Shown: positions 1-15,308, counted from the first letter of the stretch. The stretch is 64,000 nt of DNA from Betaproteobacteria bacterium RIFCSPLOWO2_02_FULL_67_26 (GCA_001771935.1 MERD01000069.1:6111-70110); one strand, 5' to 3'. Program-made: numbers and translations. The notes: generated by a model from the sequence alone, not told the origin.

Positions 1-2
1 GA

Positions 3-422
3 TTGCTCACGCCGTTCTACTTCATACGGGCTGGCGCCTTCGTCTCGATTCCGGCGTTGATTGCGGCCCCGGTGGCGTTTCTGATCCTGCTGCTGTCCAA
101 GCTGGCCGCGAAGAGCGCGGGGGTCTATCCCGTCACCAAGCTCTTCGGTTCGGCCAATCCCGAGGCGATGTACACGACCTTGCTCATGTCTACCGGGCTT
201 ACCTTCGGCAGCATATCCGCGCTCTACGGCCTGAGCCATGGCATCGTCGACCAGTCGCAGTACACGCTGTTGATCCTCGCGGTGATTGCGAGCGCAGTGG
301 TGCCGACGCTCATCGCGAACGCGTACTACCTGCCGCACCACCTGTTGCCGGCGGCGGATGAAGGCAGCGAGGCTACTCCGGTTCCCACGGCCGTCGTGGG
401 ACGGGCGCCCAGGAGCAGGTAG
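3..422 (+). CDS. Cation:proton antiporter-family membrane protein, C-terminal fragment (5' end outside window)
   Basis: ORF open at the window edge. Hydrophobic TM-rich sequence (FYFIRAGAFVS, LLMSTGLTFGSISALYGL) resembles the C-terminal helices of CPA-type exchangers. Recognised by eye only. Confidence 0.45.
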   Translation: MLTPFYFIRAGAFVSIPALIAAPVAFLILLLSKLAAKSAGVYPVTKLFGSANPEAMYTTLLMSTGLTFGSISALYGLSHGIVDQSQYTLLILAVIASAVVPTLIANAYYLPHHLLPAADEGSEATPVPTAVVGRAPRSR

Positions 423-515
423 GGGGAGCACCTGCAGCCGGAGTCCTCGGCGGCTGCCATTGGATTAGAATGGGTTTTCCCTTTCACGGCATGCCTCACA
501 TTTCTCGAGATCATC

Positions 516-2189
<1,674 letters not shown>

Positions 2190-2214
2190 TCCTCATCCCT
2201 CATCGTCAGGCGCG

Positions 2215-2544
2215 ATGGCGGTCGCCTACAATGTTCTGACGCTCTGGGGCCCGCTCACTTTGCTGGCGGGCGTCGTCGGTGCAATCGGCATCTACCTCTT
2301 GTACCGACCGGTTCTCGAACCGGAGCGGCGTTCGTTTCTTCGTTACATCGCTATTTCCGCCGGCGCCGGCTTCGTGGGCTACTGGATAGGAACGGCCATC
2401 GGCATCGGCATTGCCTGCATGCCGGAGAATGCCGGCAATTTGTGCGGCCTCATAGGCGTTTTCGGAGTCGGACCGCTGGTGGCAGGCGTTGCGATATTCG
2501 CGTATGCCTGCTACTGGGCCAGCCAGGCGCGTTCCGGCGCCTGA
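2215..2544 (+). CDS. Small hypothetical integral membrane protein (about 3 TM)
   Basis: 109-aa ORF that is the only sensible frame in the gap between ilvD and nnr. Gly/Ala/Ile-rich predicted helices. No recognisable family. Confidence 0.4.
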   Translation: MAVAYNVLTLWGPLTLLAGVVGAIGIYLLYRPVLEPERRSFLRYIAISAGAGFVGYWIGTAIGIGIACMPENAGNLCGLIGVFGVGPLVAGVAIFAYACYWASQARSGA

Positions 2545-2555
2545 GGCCCGCCGGT

Positions 2556-4043
2556 TCAGGACCGGTTGAGCAAGCAGCGCGCGGATTCTGCCGTCTCACT
2601 TGCCGTAAGGCCGACCGGTCCCACGCCGCCAGCGACCGCAAGATCGGCCGCGGCGCCGTGCAGGTGGACAGCGGAGAGCAGGGCGGTTTCCGGCTCTGCA
2701 CCCTGCGCCAGCAGCGCCGCAATCATTCCGGTCAGCACATCCCCCTGGCCGGCGCTCGCCATGCCGGGGTTTCCCGACGTATTGATGTGCCACGTGCCAT
2801 CCGGCGCAGCGCAGACGCTGCCGGCGCCCTTGAGGACCACCAATGCGTTGAACTTCGTCGCAAGCCGGGTCGCCGCTCGCACGCGGTCGGCCTGTATTTC
2901 GCGCGTGGTGGTACCGAGCAGTCGTGCGGCCTCGGCGGGATGGGGCGTCAGCAGTTTCGGCGACTTGCGCTTGCCGAGCAGCGCCGCGAGAGGGGAGTCC
3001 ATCGCGACGAGGTTCAGCGCGTCGGCGTCGAGCACGAGCGGCAAGGACGATTCGAGCGCCACGCCCAGGTAAAACGCGGCATCGGGCATCTGGCCGAGGC
3101 CAGGACCGACAGCCAGGCAGGACAGGTGGCCGAGCTTCAGCACCTCGTCGGCAGTGCGCAGCATGAGTTCCGGCTGGACCGGATCCACCAGCGGCGCATC
3201 GTGCGCGATCAGCCCCACGTAAACCCGCCCGCTGCCCAGCTTCAACGCGGCCCGCCCCGCGAGCAGGGCGGCACCGACCATCCCGTGATCTCCCCCGATG
3301 ATACCCACGCTGCCGTAGTCGCCCTTGTGCGTGTTGCGTGAACGCGGCTTGAGCGCTGCTGCCAGCACCTCTGGCCCGATCAAATGGCCCTGAGCCGGCC
3401 GCAGGGCGTGCGCGTCGAGATCCAGCGTGCGCAGGTGAAGCTCACCGCTGTAGTCGGGACCGTCGAGCGTCAGCAGCCCGGGCTTGAGCGCAATGAAGGT
3501 GACCGTATGAGTTGCGCGCACCGCGCAACCCATTACGAAACCGGTGTCGGACTGCAGCCCGCTTGGAACGTCGATCGCCAGCACCGGTGCGCGGCAGGCA
3601 TTGATCGCCGCGATCCACTCCGCGTAGATTCCCGTCACCGCACGATCCAGCCCGATGCCGAAGATACCGTCCACCACCAGTCCCCAATTCTGGGCCTCTG
3701 GCAAGGCCCGGGAAACGCCGCCGCCCGCCGCGCGCCAGCCGCGGAACGCGGCCTTGGCGTCCGTCGAAAGTTTTTTCTCGTCACCGGCAAAGACAACGAC
3801 GGGATTGAAATACCACTGCTTGAGGTGGCGCGCCAGCACGAAGGCGTCGCCGCCATTGTTGCCGGGGCCGGCCAGCACCAGCACCGGCTTGCCGGTTCCA
3901 CCCGATATGTCCCGTGCAATTTCGGCGGCAACAAGTCCCGCGCGTTCCATGAGAGGCGGCGGGTCTTTCGTCGCCGCAGCCTCGATGGCGCGGACGTCCA
4001 CCGTGAGATAAACAGGCGTGTCGTGAGCGGCGTGGACCTTCAT
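2556..4043 (-). CDS. nnr: Bifunctional NAD(P)H-hydrate repair enzyme (epimerase / ADP-dependent dehydratase)
   Basis: 495 aa. N-terminal YjeF-N motif (LAGPGNNGGDAFV) is fused to a carbohydrate-kinase-like C-terminal domain (KGDYGSVGIIGG, GNPGMASAGQGDVLTG). Confidence 0.85.
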   Translation of the reverse strand: MKVHAAHDTPVYLTVDVRAIEAAATKDPPPLMERAGLVAAEIARDISGGTGKPVLVLAGPGNNGGDAFVLARHLKQWYFNPVVVFAGDEKKLSTDAKAAFRGWRAAGGGVSRALPEAQNWGLVVDGIFGIGLDRAVTGIYAEWIAAINACRAPVLAIDVPSGLQSDTGFVMGCAVRATHTVTFIALKPGLLTLDGPDYSGELHLRTLDLDAHALRPAQGHLIGPEVLAAALKPRSRNTHKGDYGSVGIIGGDHGMVGAALLAGRAALKLGSGRVYVGLIAHDAPLVDPVQPELMLRTADEVLKLGHLSCLAVGPGLGQMPDAAFYLGVALESSLPLVLDADALNLVAMDSPLAALLGKRKSPKLLTPHPAEAARLLGTTTREIQADRVRAATRLATKFNALVVLKGAGSVCAAPDGTWHINTSGNPGMASAGQGDVLTGMIAALLAQGAEPETALLSAVHLHGAAADLAVAGGVGPVGLTASETAESARCLLNRS

Positions 4044-4105
4044 AAGTGCGTGTAGTTTAACGTGTATCCGTGTAAAATACGTTTTTAGCGACTCCGATTT
4101 CCGAC

Positions 4106-7100
4106 ATGTCGCCGATCACGAGGCTCAGAGGTCGCAGCGCGCTCTCGGCCTTCCGCTCCAGCAGGCTCCTCGGTTCCCTCAGCACCATCGTCCCGCGCGT
4201 CACTGCAGTACGCGCCGAGTTCTGGCATTTCGTGCAGCTCGCGCGGGCACTGTCGGAAACGGAAACGCAGCGGCTCGAGCGCATCCTGACGTACGGCCCG
4301 GCGGAATCCGCGGGTGCTGCGGAAGGAGAGTTGATGCTGGTCGTGCCACGCTTCGGCACGATTTCTCCCTGGTCATCCAAGGCGACCGACATCGTCCGCC
4401 ATTGCGGGCTCGATGCCGTGCAACGCGTGGAGCGGGGGGTGGCGTACTGGGTCCGGTCGCGCGACGGTGCGGCGCTTACTGCGAGCGAGCGCGCGGCATT
4501 GGCGCCCTCGGTGCACGATCGCATGACGGAAACGGTGCTCAACGCCTTTGACGGCGCCGCCCGGTCGTTCGAGCATTTCCCGCCCGCGCCGCTGGCCGCG
4601 GTGGACCTCCTCGGCGGGGGGGTCGCGGCACTGGAGCGCGCCAACCGGGAAATGGGCCTCGCGCTGTCGCCGGACGAGATCGAATACCTCTTCGAGCATT
4701 TCCGGCGCGTCGCGCGCAACCCCACCGACGTCGAGTTGATGATGTTCGCGCAGGCGAACTCCGAGCATTGTCGCCACAAGATTTTCAATGCCGACTGGAT
4801 AATCGACGGCCGGCCACAGCCGATGTCGCTGTTCGGCATGATCCGCACCACCCACGAGAAGCATCCGCGCGGCACCGTTGTCGCTTATGCCGACAATGCG
4901 GCGGTCATGGAAGGGGCTCGTGTTTCACGTTTTTTCCCGGTCCGGGACGGCGCGTACGCCTACACCGAAGAGCTCACGCACACCGTGATGAAGGTGGAAA
5001 CGCACAACCACCCGACGGCGATCTCGCCGTTTCCCGGCGCGGCAACCGGGGCGGGCGGGGAAATTCGCGACGAGGGTGCGACCGGGCGCGGCGCCAGGCC
5101 CAAGGCCGGGCTGACCGGCTTCAGCGTATCCAATCTCTACATACCGGACTTTGTCCAGCCCTGGGAGCTGTATGCGGACGGCAACCACGGAATTGGCCGG
5201 CCGCGGCGCATCGCCTCGGCGCTCCAGATCATGCTCGAAGGCCCGATCGGCGGAGCGTCCTTCAACAACGAGTTCGGGCGGCCCATCCTCGCGGGCTATT
5301 TCCGGACCTTCGAGCAGCCGGTCGCGGGCGAGGTGCGCGGCTATCACAAGCCGATCATGATCGCCGGCGGCATCGGCAACCTCGCGGCAGGCCACGCCAC
5401 GAAGCAGGATCTGGAATCCGGCGCCCTGCTGATCCAGCTCGGCGGGCCGGGCATGCTGATCGGGCTCGGCGGCGGGGCGGCATCCAGCATGGATACCGGC
5501 TCCAACCAGGAGGGCCTCGATTTCGACTCGGTGCAGCGCGGCAACGCGGAAATCCAGCGCCGCGCGCAGGAGGTCATAGACCGCTGCTGGGCGCTGGGGG
5601 AGGGCAACCCGATCCGGACCATCCACGATGTCGGCGCCGGCGGGTTGTCGAACGCCCTGCCGGAGCTGGTGCACTCGGCGCGCCGCGGCGGGCGTTTCGA
5701 ATTGCGCAAGATCCCGAACGAGGAGCCCGGCATGTCGCCGCTTCAGATCTGGTGCAACGAGGCGCAGGAACGCTACGTGCTGGCGATCGCCCCGGGGGCG
5801 CTCGATCGCTTCCGCGCGATCTGCGAGCGCGAGCGTTGCCCGTTCGCGGTGGTCGGCGAGGCGACGGGCGACGGCCGGCTCACTGTCGACGATTCCCTGT
5901 TCGGCAACAAGCCGGTGGACATGGAGCTGGCCGTGTTGCTCGGGAAGCCGCCGAAGATGACGCGGGACGTGACGCACGCGCGCCACGAATTGCCCCCGTT
6001 CGATCTCGCCGGCGTGGACCTACGGGAGGCGGCATACCGCGTGCTGCGGTTGCCGGCGGTCGCGGACAAGACCTTTCTCATCACCATCGGCGACCGCACG
6101 GTCGGGGGGCTTACCGCGCGCGACCAGATGGTCGGTCCGTGGCAAGTCCCGGTGGCGGATGTCGCGGTGACGCTAATGGGGTACGACACCTTCCGCGGCG
6201 AGGCCTTTGCCATGGGCGAGCGCACGCCGCTGGCGACGGTCAGCCCCGAGTCCTCGGGGCGAATGGCGGTGGGCGAGGCGATCACCAACATCGCGGCCGC
6301 GCCGATTGCCGACATCGGCGACGTCAAGCTCTCCGCTAACTGGATGGCCGCGGCGGGGCATCCCGGCGAGGACGCCGCGCTGTTCGATACCGTCCGCGCT
6401 GTCGCGATGGACCTGTGCCCTGAGCTCGGCGTGAGCGTGCCGGTCGGCAAGGACAGCCTGTCCATGAAGACCGCGTGGGAGGAGAACGGTGCCCGGAAGG
6501 AAGTCACTGCGCCGCTGTCGCTGATCGTCTCGGCGTTTGCGCCCGTATCCGACGTGCGCGGCACGCTCACGCCCCAGTTGCGGACCGATTGCGGGAATAC
6601 CGTTCTGCTGCTGGTGGACCTCGGCTCCGGTCTGTGCCGCATGGGCGGCTCTGCCCTGGCCCAGGTTTACGGGCGGACCGGGAACGTCGCGCCCGACGTC
6701 GACGCGCCCCGGCTCAAGGCTTTTTTCCAGGCGGTGCAGGAGCTCAACCGGGATGGAAAGTTGCTGGCCTACCACGATCGCTCCGATGGCGGCGTCTTCG
6801 CCGCCGTGTGCGAGATGATGTTTGCCGGTCATAGCGGCGCAAAGCTCGATATCGGCGATCTCATACGCGGCAAGTCGGCCCTCGAGGTGCTGTTCAACGA
6901 GGAACTGGGGGCGGTCCTGCAGGTGCGGGAAGGGAATGACGCGCGGTCTGCACAGGTCAGGTTCGCGCTGGCGGGCATCGCTTGCCAGCGGATCGGCGCG
7001 CTTGCCGGAGGCCTGCGGCTGTCCATCCGGCGCGGGAAGGGGGAGATTTTCAGCGCCAGCCTGATCGATCTGCGGCGGGCGTGGTCGGAGACGACGTACC

Positions 7101-8011
7101 GGATGCAGCAGCTGCGCGACCACCCCGAGTGCGCCCGGCAGGAATACGACCGCATCCTCGACGCCGATGACCCGGGACTGAACGCGAAGCTGACGTTCGA
7201 CCCGGTCGAGAACGTCGCCGCCCCATACCTCAATCGTGGCGCCCGCCCGCGGGTTGCGATCCTGCGCGAGCAGGGGGTGAATGGCCAGGTCGAGATGGCG
7301 GCTGCCTTCGACCGTGCCGGTTTCGCGGCGTGCGACGTGCACATGAGCGACCTCATCGCGGGGCGCATCCGCCTCGGGGACTTCAAGGGTTACGCCGCAT
7401 GCGGCGGGTTCTCCTACGGGGACGTCCTCGGAGCCGGCGAGGGGTGGGCGAAGTCCATTCTCTTCAACACCCGGGCGCGGGAAGAATTCGAGGCGTTTTT
7501 CGGCCGCGAGGATACGTTCGCGCTCGGTGTGTGCAACGGGTGCCAGATGATGAGCAACCTGCACGAGCTGATACCGGGCACGGAAGCCTGGCCGCATTTC
7601 GTGCGCAACCGGTCCGAGCAGTTCGAGGCGCGCTTCGTGCTGCTGGAGGTGCAGCGCTCGCCGTCGCTCTTCTTCGAGGGCATGGCGGGGAGCCGCCTGC
7701 CGGTCGCGGTCGCCCACGGTGAGGGTTACGCGGAATTCAGGGATCCGGCGGCGCGCAAGGCGGCGGAGGCGCTGATCACGGCGCGCTTCGTGGATAACCG
7801 GGGCGCGGTGACCGAGGCCTATCCGTTCAATCCCAACGGGTCCGCGGCGGGGATAACCGGCCTGACCACGCCCGACGGCCGCTTCACGATCCTGATGCCG
7901 CATCCCGAGCGGGTGTTCCGCACCGTGCAGAACGCCTGGCACCCCGCGGGCTGGGGCGAGGACGGGCCGTGGCTGAGGATGTTCAGGAACGCCCGCCGCT
8001 GGGTCGGCTGA
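4106..8011 (+). CDS. purL: Phosphoribosylformylglycinamidine synthase, single-chain large type
   Basis: 1301 aa. Motif [24 protein letters not shown], and a C-terminal glutaminase domain with GVCNGCQM and MPHPER. Confidence 0.95.
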   Translation: MSPITRLRGRSALSAFRSSRLLGSLSTIVPRVTAVRAEFWHFVQLARALSETETQRLERILTYGPAESAGAAEGELMLVVPRFGTISPWSSKATDIVRHCGLDAVQRVERGVAYWVRSRDGAALTASERAALAPSVHDRMTETVLNAFDGAARSFEHFPPAPLAAVDLLGGGVAALERANREMGLALSPDEIEYLFEHFRRVARNPTDVELMMFAQANSEHCRHKIFNADWIIDGRPQPMSLFGMIRTTHEKHPRGTVVAYADNAAVMEGARVSRFFPVRDGAYAYTEELTHTVMKVETHNHPTAISPFPGAATGAGGEIRDEGATGRGARPKAGLTGFSVSNLYIPDFVQPWELYADGNHGIGRPRRIASALQIMLEGPIGGASFNNEFGRPILAGYFRTFEQPVAGEVRGYHKPIMIAGGIGNLAAGHATKQDLESGALLIQLGGPGMLIGLGGGAASSMDTGSNQEGLDFDSVQRGNAEIQRRAQEVIDRCWALGEGNPIRTIHDVGAGGLSNALPELVHSARRGGRFELRKIPNEEPGMSPLQIWCNEAQERYVLAIAPGALDRFRAICERERCPFAVVGEATGDGRLTVDDSLFGNKPVDMELAVLLGKPPKMTRDVTHARHELPPFDLAGVDLREAAYRVLRLPAVADKTFLITIGDRTVGGLTARDQMVGPWQVPVADVAVTLMGYDTFRGEAFAMGERTPLATVSPESSGRMAVGEAITNIAAAPIADIGDVKLSANWMAAAGHPGEDAALFDTVRAVAMDLCPELGVSVPVGKDSLSMKTAWEENGARKEVTAPLSLIVSAFAPVSDVRGTLTPQLRTDCGNTVLLLVDLGSGLCRMGGSALAQVYGRTGNVAPDVDAPRLKAFFQAVQELNRDGKLLAYHDRSDGGVFAAVCEMMFAGHSGAKLDIGDLIRGKSALEVLFNEELGAVLQVREGNDARSAQVRFALAGIACQRIGALAGGLRLSIRRGKGEIFSASLIDLRRAWSETTYRMQQLRDHPECARQEYDRILDADDPGLNAKLTFDPVENVAAPYLNRGARPRVAILREQGVNGQVEMAAAFDRAGFAACDVHMSDLIAGRIRLGDFKGYAACGGFSYGDVLGAGEGWAKSILFNTRAREEFEAFFGREDTFALGVCNGCQMMSNLHELIPGTEAWPHFVRNRSEQFEARFVLLEVQRSPSLFFEGMAGSRLPVAVAHGEGYAEFRDPAARKAAEALITARFVDNRGAVTEAYPFNPNGSAAGITGLTTPDGRFTILMPHPERVFRTVQNAWHPAGWGEDGPWLRMFRNARRWVG

Positions 8012-8797
8012 TCACTCGATCTTGGCCTTGGCGCGCAGGTCCGAGATGATCTTCTGGTATGACAGCTTCTGCTGCTGCTGCTGCATCTGCTGCTGCAGGT
8101 TGGGCTTGACCTGGTCGTAGGGCGGGACCTTCAGGGCCCGTTCGTCGTCGAGCCGGATCACGTGCCACCCGAAATTGGTCTGCACCGGCGTCTCCGTCAT
8201 CTGGCCCTTCTTCAGCCTGGTCAGCGCGTCGCCGAACGGCTTGACGTAGCCGCTCGGGGCGCTCCAGTCGAGCTCGCCGCCCCGCACCTTCGTGCCCTGG
8301 TCCTTCGACCGGTCAGCGGCCAGCTTCTCGAAGCTCCCGCCGCCCTTGATCTGGGAAATGATGTCCTTCGCCTCGTCCTCGTTCTCCACGAGAATGTGGC
8401 GCGCCTTGTATTCGCGAGAGCCCAACTGCCCCTTGATGCGCTCGTATTCCTTCTTGATGGCGTCCTCGCTGACGGGGGCCGAGCGGGCCGCGTCGCTGAG
8501 GACGGCGCGCACCAGGACGCTCTGCCGCGCCAGATCGATCTGCGCGGCGACCTCGGGCTTCTTGTGAAGGCCGCGACGCGCGGCCTCCTGGGCCAGCAGC
8601 TCGCGGTCGATCAGCTCCTGCTTGACCGCGTTTCTCAGTTCCGGTGAATCGGCCCGGCCCTGGCTGGAAAGATCCTTTATGAATAGATCCATGCGTTGCT
8701 GGGGTATGGTCACGCCGTTGACCCTGGCGACCCCGTTTTGCGCGTGCGCCGCGGTGGCCAGGAGCAGGCCGGCAAGGAATAGCGTGCATGACTTCAT
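8012..8797 (-). CDS. Periplasmic parvulin-type peptidyl-prolyl cis-trans isomerase
   Basis: Signal peptide MKSCTLFLAGLLLATAAHA. PpiC/parvulin domain (YKARHILVENEDEA, GGELDW, FGWHVIRLDD). Gln-rich C-terminus. Confidence 0.8.
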   Translation of the reverse strand: MKSCTLFLAGLLLATAAHAQNGVARVNGVTIPQQRMDLFIKDLSSQGRADSPELRNAVKQELIDRELLAQEAARRGLHKKPEVAAQIDLARQSVLVRAVLSDAARSAPVSEDAIKKEYERIKGQLGSREYKARHILVENEDEAKDIISQIKGGGSFEKLAADRSKDQGTKVRGGELDWSAPSGYVKPFGDALTRLKKGQMTETPVQTNFGWHVIRLDDERALKVPPYDQVKPNLQQQMQQQQQKLSYQKIISDLRAKAKIE

Positions 8798-8820
8798 CGG
8801 GTTTCCTTTTCGCTTGATTG

Positions 8821-9084
8821 TCAGATTTCGCCCGGCGCGTAGGCCTTGATCGCGAGCGCGTGGATTTCACCCGCCATCATCGAGCCCAGGGCGTCGTAGA
8901 CCATGCGGTGGCGCGACTGCACCGGCTTCCCGGCGAATTCCCGGGAAACGATGATAAGCCGGTAATGCCCGCCGCCGGCCCGCGCGCCCTCGTGTCCCGC
9001 GTGCTCGGCGGATTCGTCGAGGACCTCGATCGACTCCGGCGCGAGGGCCGCGAGCTTCTGCTGGATGCGCTCGGCGACGCTCAT
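8821..9084 (-). CDS. BolA family protein
   Basis: 87 aa. BolA-like core ([27 protein letters not shown]). Located downstream of yciB with a 4-nt overlap. Confidence 0.85.
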   Translation of the reverse strand: MSVAERIQQKLAALAPESIEVLDESAEHAGHEGARAGGGHYRLIIVSREFAGKPVQSRHRMVYDALGSMMAGEIHALAIKAYAPGEI

Positions 9085-9620
9085 TCGGCCTTCTTCTCCT
9101 CGACGTAACGCGCGAGCAGCAGCCCCTGCAGCAACACGAATGCCACCATCAGCCCGATGCCGCCGAACAGCTTGAAGTTGACCCAGGTGTCGGTCGAGAA
9201 ATTAAAGGCAACGATCAGGTTCAGCGCGCCCATCACCGCGAAGAACCCGACCCAGCTCGCGAGCAGCCTGGTCCAGACCATATCGGGGAGGGCGATCTGC
9301 GCTTCCATCATGGCGCGGATCAGGTTCTTCCTGAACCCCAGCCCCGCCACGGCCAGCGTGACGCTGAACAGCCAGTAGAGCACCGTCGGCTTCCACTTGA
9401 TGAACGTCTCGTCCTGGAGCACCAGCGTCGCACCGCCGAACACCACGATCACCGCGAGGCTGACCCACAGCATGTTCTCGACCTTGCGGCGGCGCATCCA
9501 CAACCAGCCGATCTGCAGGAAGGTCGCGGCCATGGCGACAGCCGTCGCGACGTAAATGCCGTAGAACTTGAAAGCGACGAAAAACAGGACGACCGGAAAG
9601 ATGTCGAACAGGAATTTCAT
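9081..9620 (-). CDS. yciB: Intracellular septation protein A (YciB/IspZ)
   Basis: 179 aa with multiple TM segments. N-terminus [18 protein letters not shown] is typical of YciB. The yciB-bolA-ppiC order is conserved. Confidence 0.85.
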   Translation of the reverse strand: MKFLFDIFPVVLFFVAFKFYGIYVATAVAMAATFLQIGWLWMRRRKVENMLWVSLAVIVVFGGATLVLQDETFIKWKPTVLYWLFSVTLAVAGLGFRKNLIRAMMEAQIALPDMVWTRLLASWVGFFAVMGALNLIVAFNFSTDTWVNFKLFGGIGLMVAFVLLQGLLLARYVEEKKAE

Positions 9621-9661
9621 GGGCGCCTATTATGCCGCTTCGCGAGTGACCCGTCACGCCG

Positions 9662-11107
9662 TCAATCCGGCAGAACCTTGCCGGGATTCATGATGTTGTT
9701 CGGATCGAAGGTGTGTTTGAGCGCGCGCATCATCGCAAGTTCCACGCCGCTCTTGTAGCGCGCGATTTCGGCAAGCTTGGACTGCCCGATGCCATGCTCG
9801 GCGCTGAAGCTCCCGTGGTGGCGGAGCGCGATGTCGTAGACGAGTCGCGTGACGTCGCCCGCATCGCGCGCCGCGGCATCGTCACGGCGGCGCCCCGGGA
9901 CGAAGACGTTATAGTGCAGGTTGCCGTCACCCAGGTGCCCGAAGCAGATGATATTCACACCCGGGAAGCGCGCGTCCAGCGCAGCCCGGGCCTCCCCGAT
10001 GAAAGCGGGAACACTGCTGACCGCCACCGCGATGTCGTGGCGGTAGAGCATCTCCGGCTCCGCGCGCGCGGCTTCCGGGATGGACTCGCGCAGCTTCCAC
10101 AACGCCTGCGACTGGCCCTGGCTTTCGGCGATGACGGCATCCCGCGCGGGGCCGCGCTCCATCGCCGCCCCAAGCGCCTGCTCGAGTTCCCCGCGGATGG
10201 CGCCACCCTCGCGCGCGTCACCGAGATCCGTCAGAACATACCAGCCATGCGGCGCGGGGAGGGGGTCCCGGGCGCCCGGAATGTGGCGCACCACCAGATC
10301 GAGGCAGTTGCGCGAAATCAGCTCGAAAGCCGAAATCTTGTCGCCGCAATGCTGCCGCAGCAGGGCCAGCAATTCCAGCGCGGATTCCGGAGACGCCACG
10401 GCGATCCACGCCGTGGCGCTGGAGCGGGGCAGGGGGAAGAGCTTGAGCACCGCCGCGGTAATCACGCCCAGAGTGCCTTCCGCGCCGATGAAAACCTGCT
10501 TGAGGTCGTAGCCGGTGTTGTCCTTGCGCAGGCCCCGCATGCCGTCCCAGACGCGCCCGTCCGGCAACACGACCTCGAGGCCCAGCACGAGCTCGCGCGT
10601 GTTCCCGTAGCGCAACACGTTGACGCCGCCGGCGTTGGTCGACAGATTGCCCCCGATCTGGCAACTGCCTTCCGCGCCCAGGCTCAATGGGAACAGCCGG
10701 CCCGCCTCGCGCGCGGCCTGCTGCACGTTGGCGAGGATGCAGCCGGCCTCCACGCTGATCGTGTTGTTCAGGGCATCCACTTCCTGGATCCGGTTCATGC
10801 GCCCCAGGTTGAGCACGATTGCCCCGCCGCCCGCGTCGGGTACCGAGGCGCCGCACATGCCGGTGTTGCCGCCCTGCGGCACGACGGCCGTGCGCGTTTC
10901 CGCGCAGATCTTCACCACCGAGGCAACCTGCCCCACGTTTGCGGGCCGCGCCACGGCCAGCGCCCGCCCGTGGAAGAGGCCGCGCCAATCCACCACGTGG
11001 GGCGCCATTTCGCGTGGGTCGGTGAGCAGGCCCTGCGCGCCGACCGCATCGCGAATGCGGTCGATCGCGCCTGGACGCTTCCGGGATGATTTGGCGTTGT
11101 CGGGCAT
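9662..11107 (-). CDS. FAD-binding oxidoreductase, GlcD / D-2-hydroxyacid dehydrogenase family
   Basis: FAD-binding PCMH-type motifs (VVPQGGNTGMCGASVP, IGGNLSTNAGG) and a C-terminal FAD-linked oxidase region (EHGIGQSK). Start placed at MPDNAK. The upstream start at 11194 cannot be excluded. Confidence 0.8.
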   Translation of the reverse strand: MPDNAKSSRKRPGAIDRIRDAVGAQGLLTDPREMAPHVVDWRGLFHGRALAVARPANVGQVASVVKICAETRTAVVPQGGNTGMCGASVPDAGGGAIVLNLGRMNRIQEVDALNNTISVEAGCILANVQQAAREAGRLFPLSLGAEGSCQIGGNLSTNAGGVNVLRYGNTRELVLGLEVVLPDGRVWDGMRGLRKDNTGYDLKQVFIGAEGTLGVITAAVLKLFPLPRSSATAWIAVASPESALELLALLRQHCGDKISAFELISRNCLDLVVRHIPGARDPLPAPHGWYVLTDLGDAREGGAIRGELEQALGAAMERGPARDAVIAESQGQSQALWKLRESIPEAARAEPEMLYRHDIAVAVSSVPAFIGEARAALDARFPGVNIICFGHLGDGNLHYNVFVPGRRRDDAAARDAGDVTRLVYDIALRHHGSFSAEHGIGQSKLAEIARYKSGVELAMMRALKHTFDPNNIMNPGKVLPD

Positions 11108-11233
11108 GATCAAGCTTCCGCCGCCATTGTAGCGTGACCGCAATGCGGCTGGCGCCGCGGGTCGCGTGCTCTTTTCAAATCCGCGGTTCTGCAACTAGAA
11201 TTGGGGCGGACGGACTCACGCACCCGTGATGTG

Positions 11234-12010
11234 ATGGATTTCGCCGCCACCATTCGAACCGGATTCACGCGCTGGCAGGCGTCGGGGCTGCACCTGCTGA
11301 TCAGCGCGATCATCGCCGCAGCCGTGCTTACGGTCATGCTCGGCGTGTGGTATCCGCGCCCGCTGTTCGAGGCGCAGGGTGGCATGGGCCTGGTGTTCAT
11401 CCTCGTCGGGGTGGACGTGGTGATCGGGCCGTTGATCACGCTCGTCATTTTCAAGTCCGGCAAGCCCGGCCTCAAATTTGACCTGGCGGTGATCGCGGCA
11501 TTGCAGCTCGCCGCCCTGATCTACGGCGGCACCGTCGTGTTCGCGGCGCGGCCGGTTTTCCTCGTGCTGGTCAAGGACCAGTTCGAGGTGGTGACGGCGG
11601 CGGAGCTGCATCCGAAGTGGCTGGAAGAGGCACGGCGGCCCGAGTTCCGCGCGCTGCCGGTGAGCGGCCCGGTCCTGGTGATGCTGGAGCAGCCGGGCGA
11701 CGAAACGGAACGCCAGGCCATCATCCAATCCGCCCTGGCCGGGGAGCGGGACGCGCAGCATTTCACGAAGTACTACGTTCCGTATCCGGAGCGTGCGCGC
11801 GCAGCGCTCTCCAACGCGCTCCCGGTCGAGACGGTGCGGCGGCGCTATGCGGAGACGGCACGGGTGATCGACGCCTATCTCGCGAGCTCCGGGAGGAAGG
11901 ACACGGATGTGCGCTATTTCGCCATGCGCACGCGCTACGAATGGATTGCGGTGCTGGTGGATGCAAGAACCGGCGACATCGTGAATATGCTGCTGGTCCC
12001 CGACTCGTGA
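11234..12010 (+). CDS. TfpX/TfpZ-like type IV pilin accessory membrane protein
   Basis: About 258 aa. The N-terminal region (WQASGLHLLISAIIAAAVL..WYPRPLFEAQGG..VDVVIGPLITLVIFKSGKPGLKFDL) matches my memory of the TfpX/TfpZ/FimB family. Alternative starts at 11201 (TTG) and 11231 (GTG). Confidence 0.5.
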   Translation: MDFAATIRTGFTRWQASGLHLLISAIIAAAVLTVMLGVWYPRPLFEAQGGMGLVFILVGVDVVIGPLITLVIFKSGKPGLKFDLAVIAALQLAALIYGGTVVFAARPVFLVLVKDQFEVVTAAELHPKWLEEARRPEFRALPVSGPVLVMLEQPGDETERQAIIQSALAGERDAQHFTKYYVPYPERARAALSNALPVETVRRRYAETARVIDAYLASSGRKDTDVRYFAMRTRYEWIAVLVDARTGDIVNMLLVPDS

Positions 12011-12017
12011 CCGGCCG

Positions 12018-14702
<2,685 letters not shown>

Positions 14703-14843
14703 GGTGGCTCCGTCAGCGCGGGACGAAAATTATATCTTGCGCCGGGTCAGTGGGATAGCGCTTGCCTGGATGCGGGCGATTCGGGAGCCGGAGGACGCCC
14801 GATGGGGGTGTGCTACCATCCGTCGCCGGAGGAGAAACGAACC

Positions 14844-15308
14844 ATGATGACCGATCGGGTCATCTTCGTCTGCACGATCGTCGTGGCGGCGGTCTATCTC
14901 TATGCCACGACCCTGATCCCCACGCTCGAGATCGGCGACCCGCTGGGGCCGAAGGCGTTCCCGCGCCTGCTCGGTTTCTGCCTGCTGCTCGCGGCCGCGA
15001 TGCTGTTTGTCGAGATGTGGAAGGATCGCCAGACAGCGGCGGCGGCGCCGGCCCCTTCCGGCCCGCGAGACGTGCGTCATCTCTGGATCCTGGCCGGCGT
15101 GGTCGTGTGGAGCGGCCTGTTCTACGCCGTCCTGGAGAGGCTGGGATACGTGGTTGCCTCGGCCATCTACCTGCTGGCACTGATGGCATGGTTCAACCGG
15201 GGCAAGTGGCGGGCGAACGTCGTGACCGCGGTGCTGTTCAGCGTGTCGAGCTACGCCCTGTTCGCCAAGCTCGAGGTCAATCTGCCCAAGGGCATCCTCC
15301 CGTTTTGA
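14844..15308 (+). CDS. tctB: Tripartite tricarboxylate transporter small membrane subunit TctB (set 1)
   Basis: 154-aa, 4-TM protein immediately upstream of tctA. It is the last part of track ORF 13956..15308. The ATG at 14844 follows GGAGGAGAAA. Confidence 0.7.
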   Translation: MMTDRVIFVCTIVVAAVYLYATTLIPTLEIGDPLGPKAFPRLLGFCLLLAAAMLFVEMWKDRQTAAAAPAPSGPRDVRHLWILAGVVVWSGLFYAVLERLGYVVASAIYLLALMAWFNRGKWRANVVTAVLFSVSSYALFAKLEVNLPKGILPF

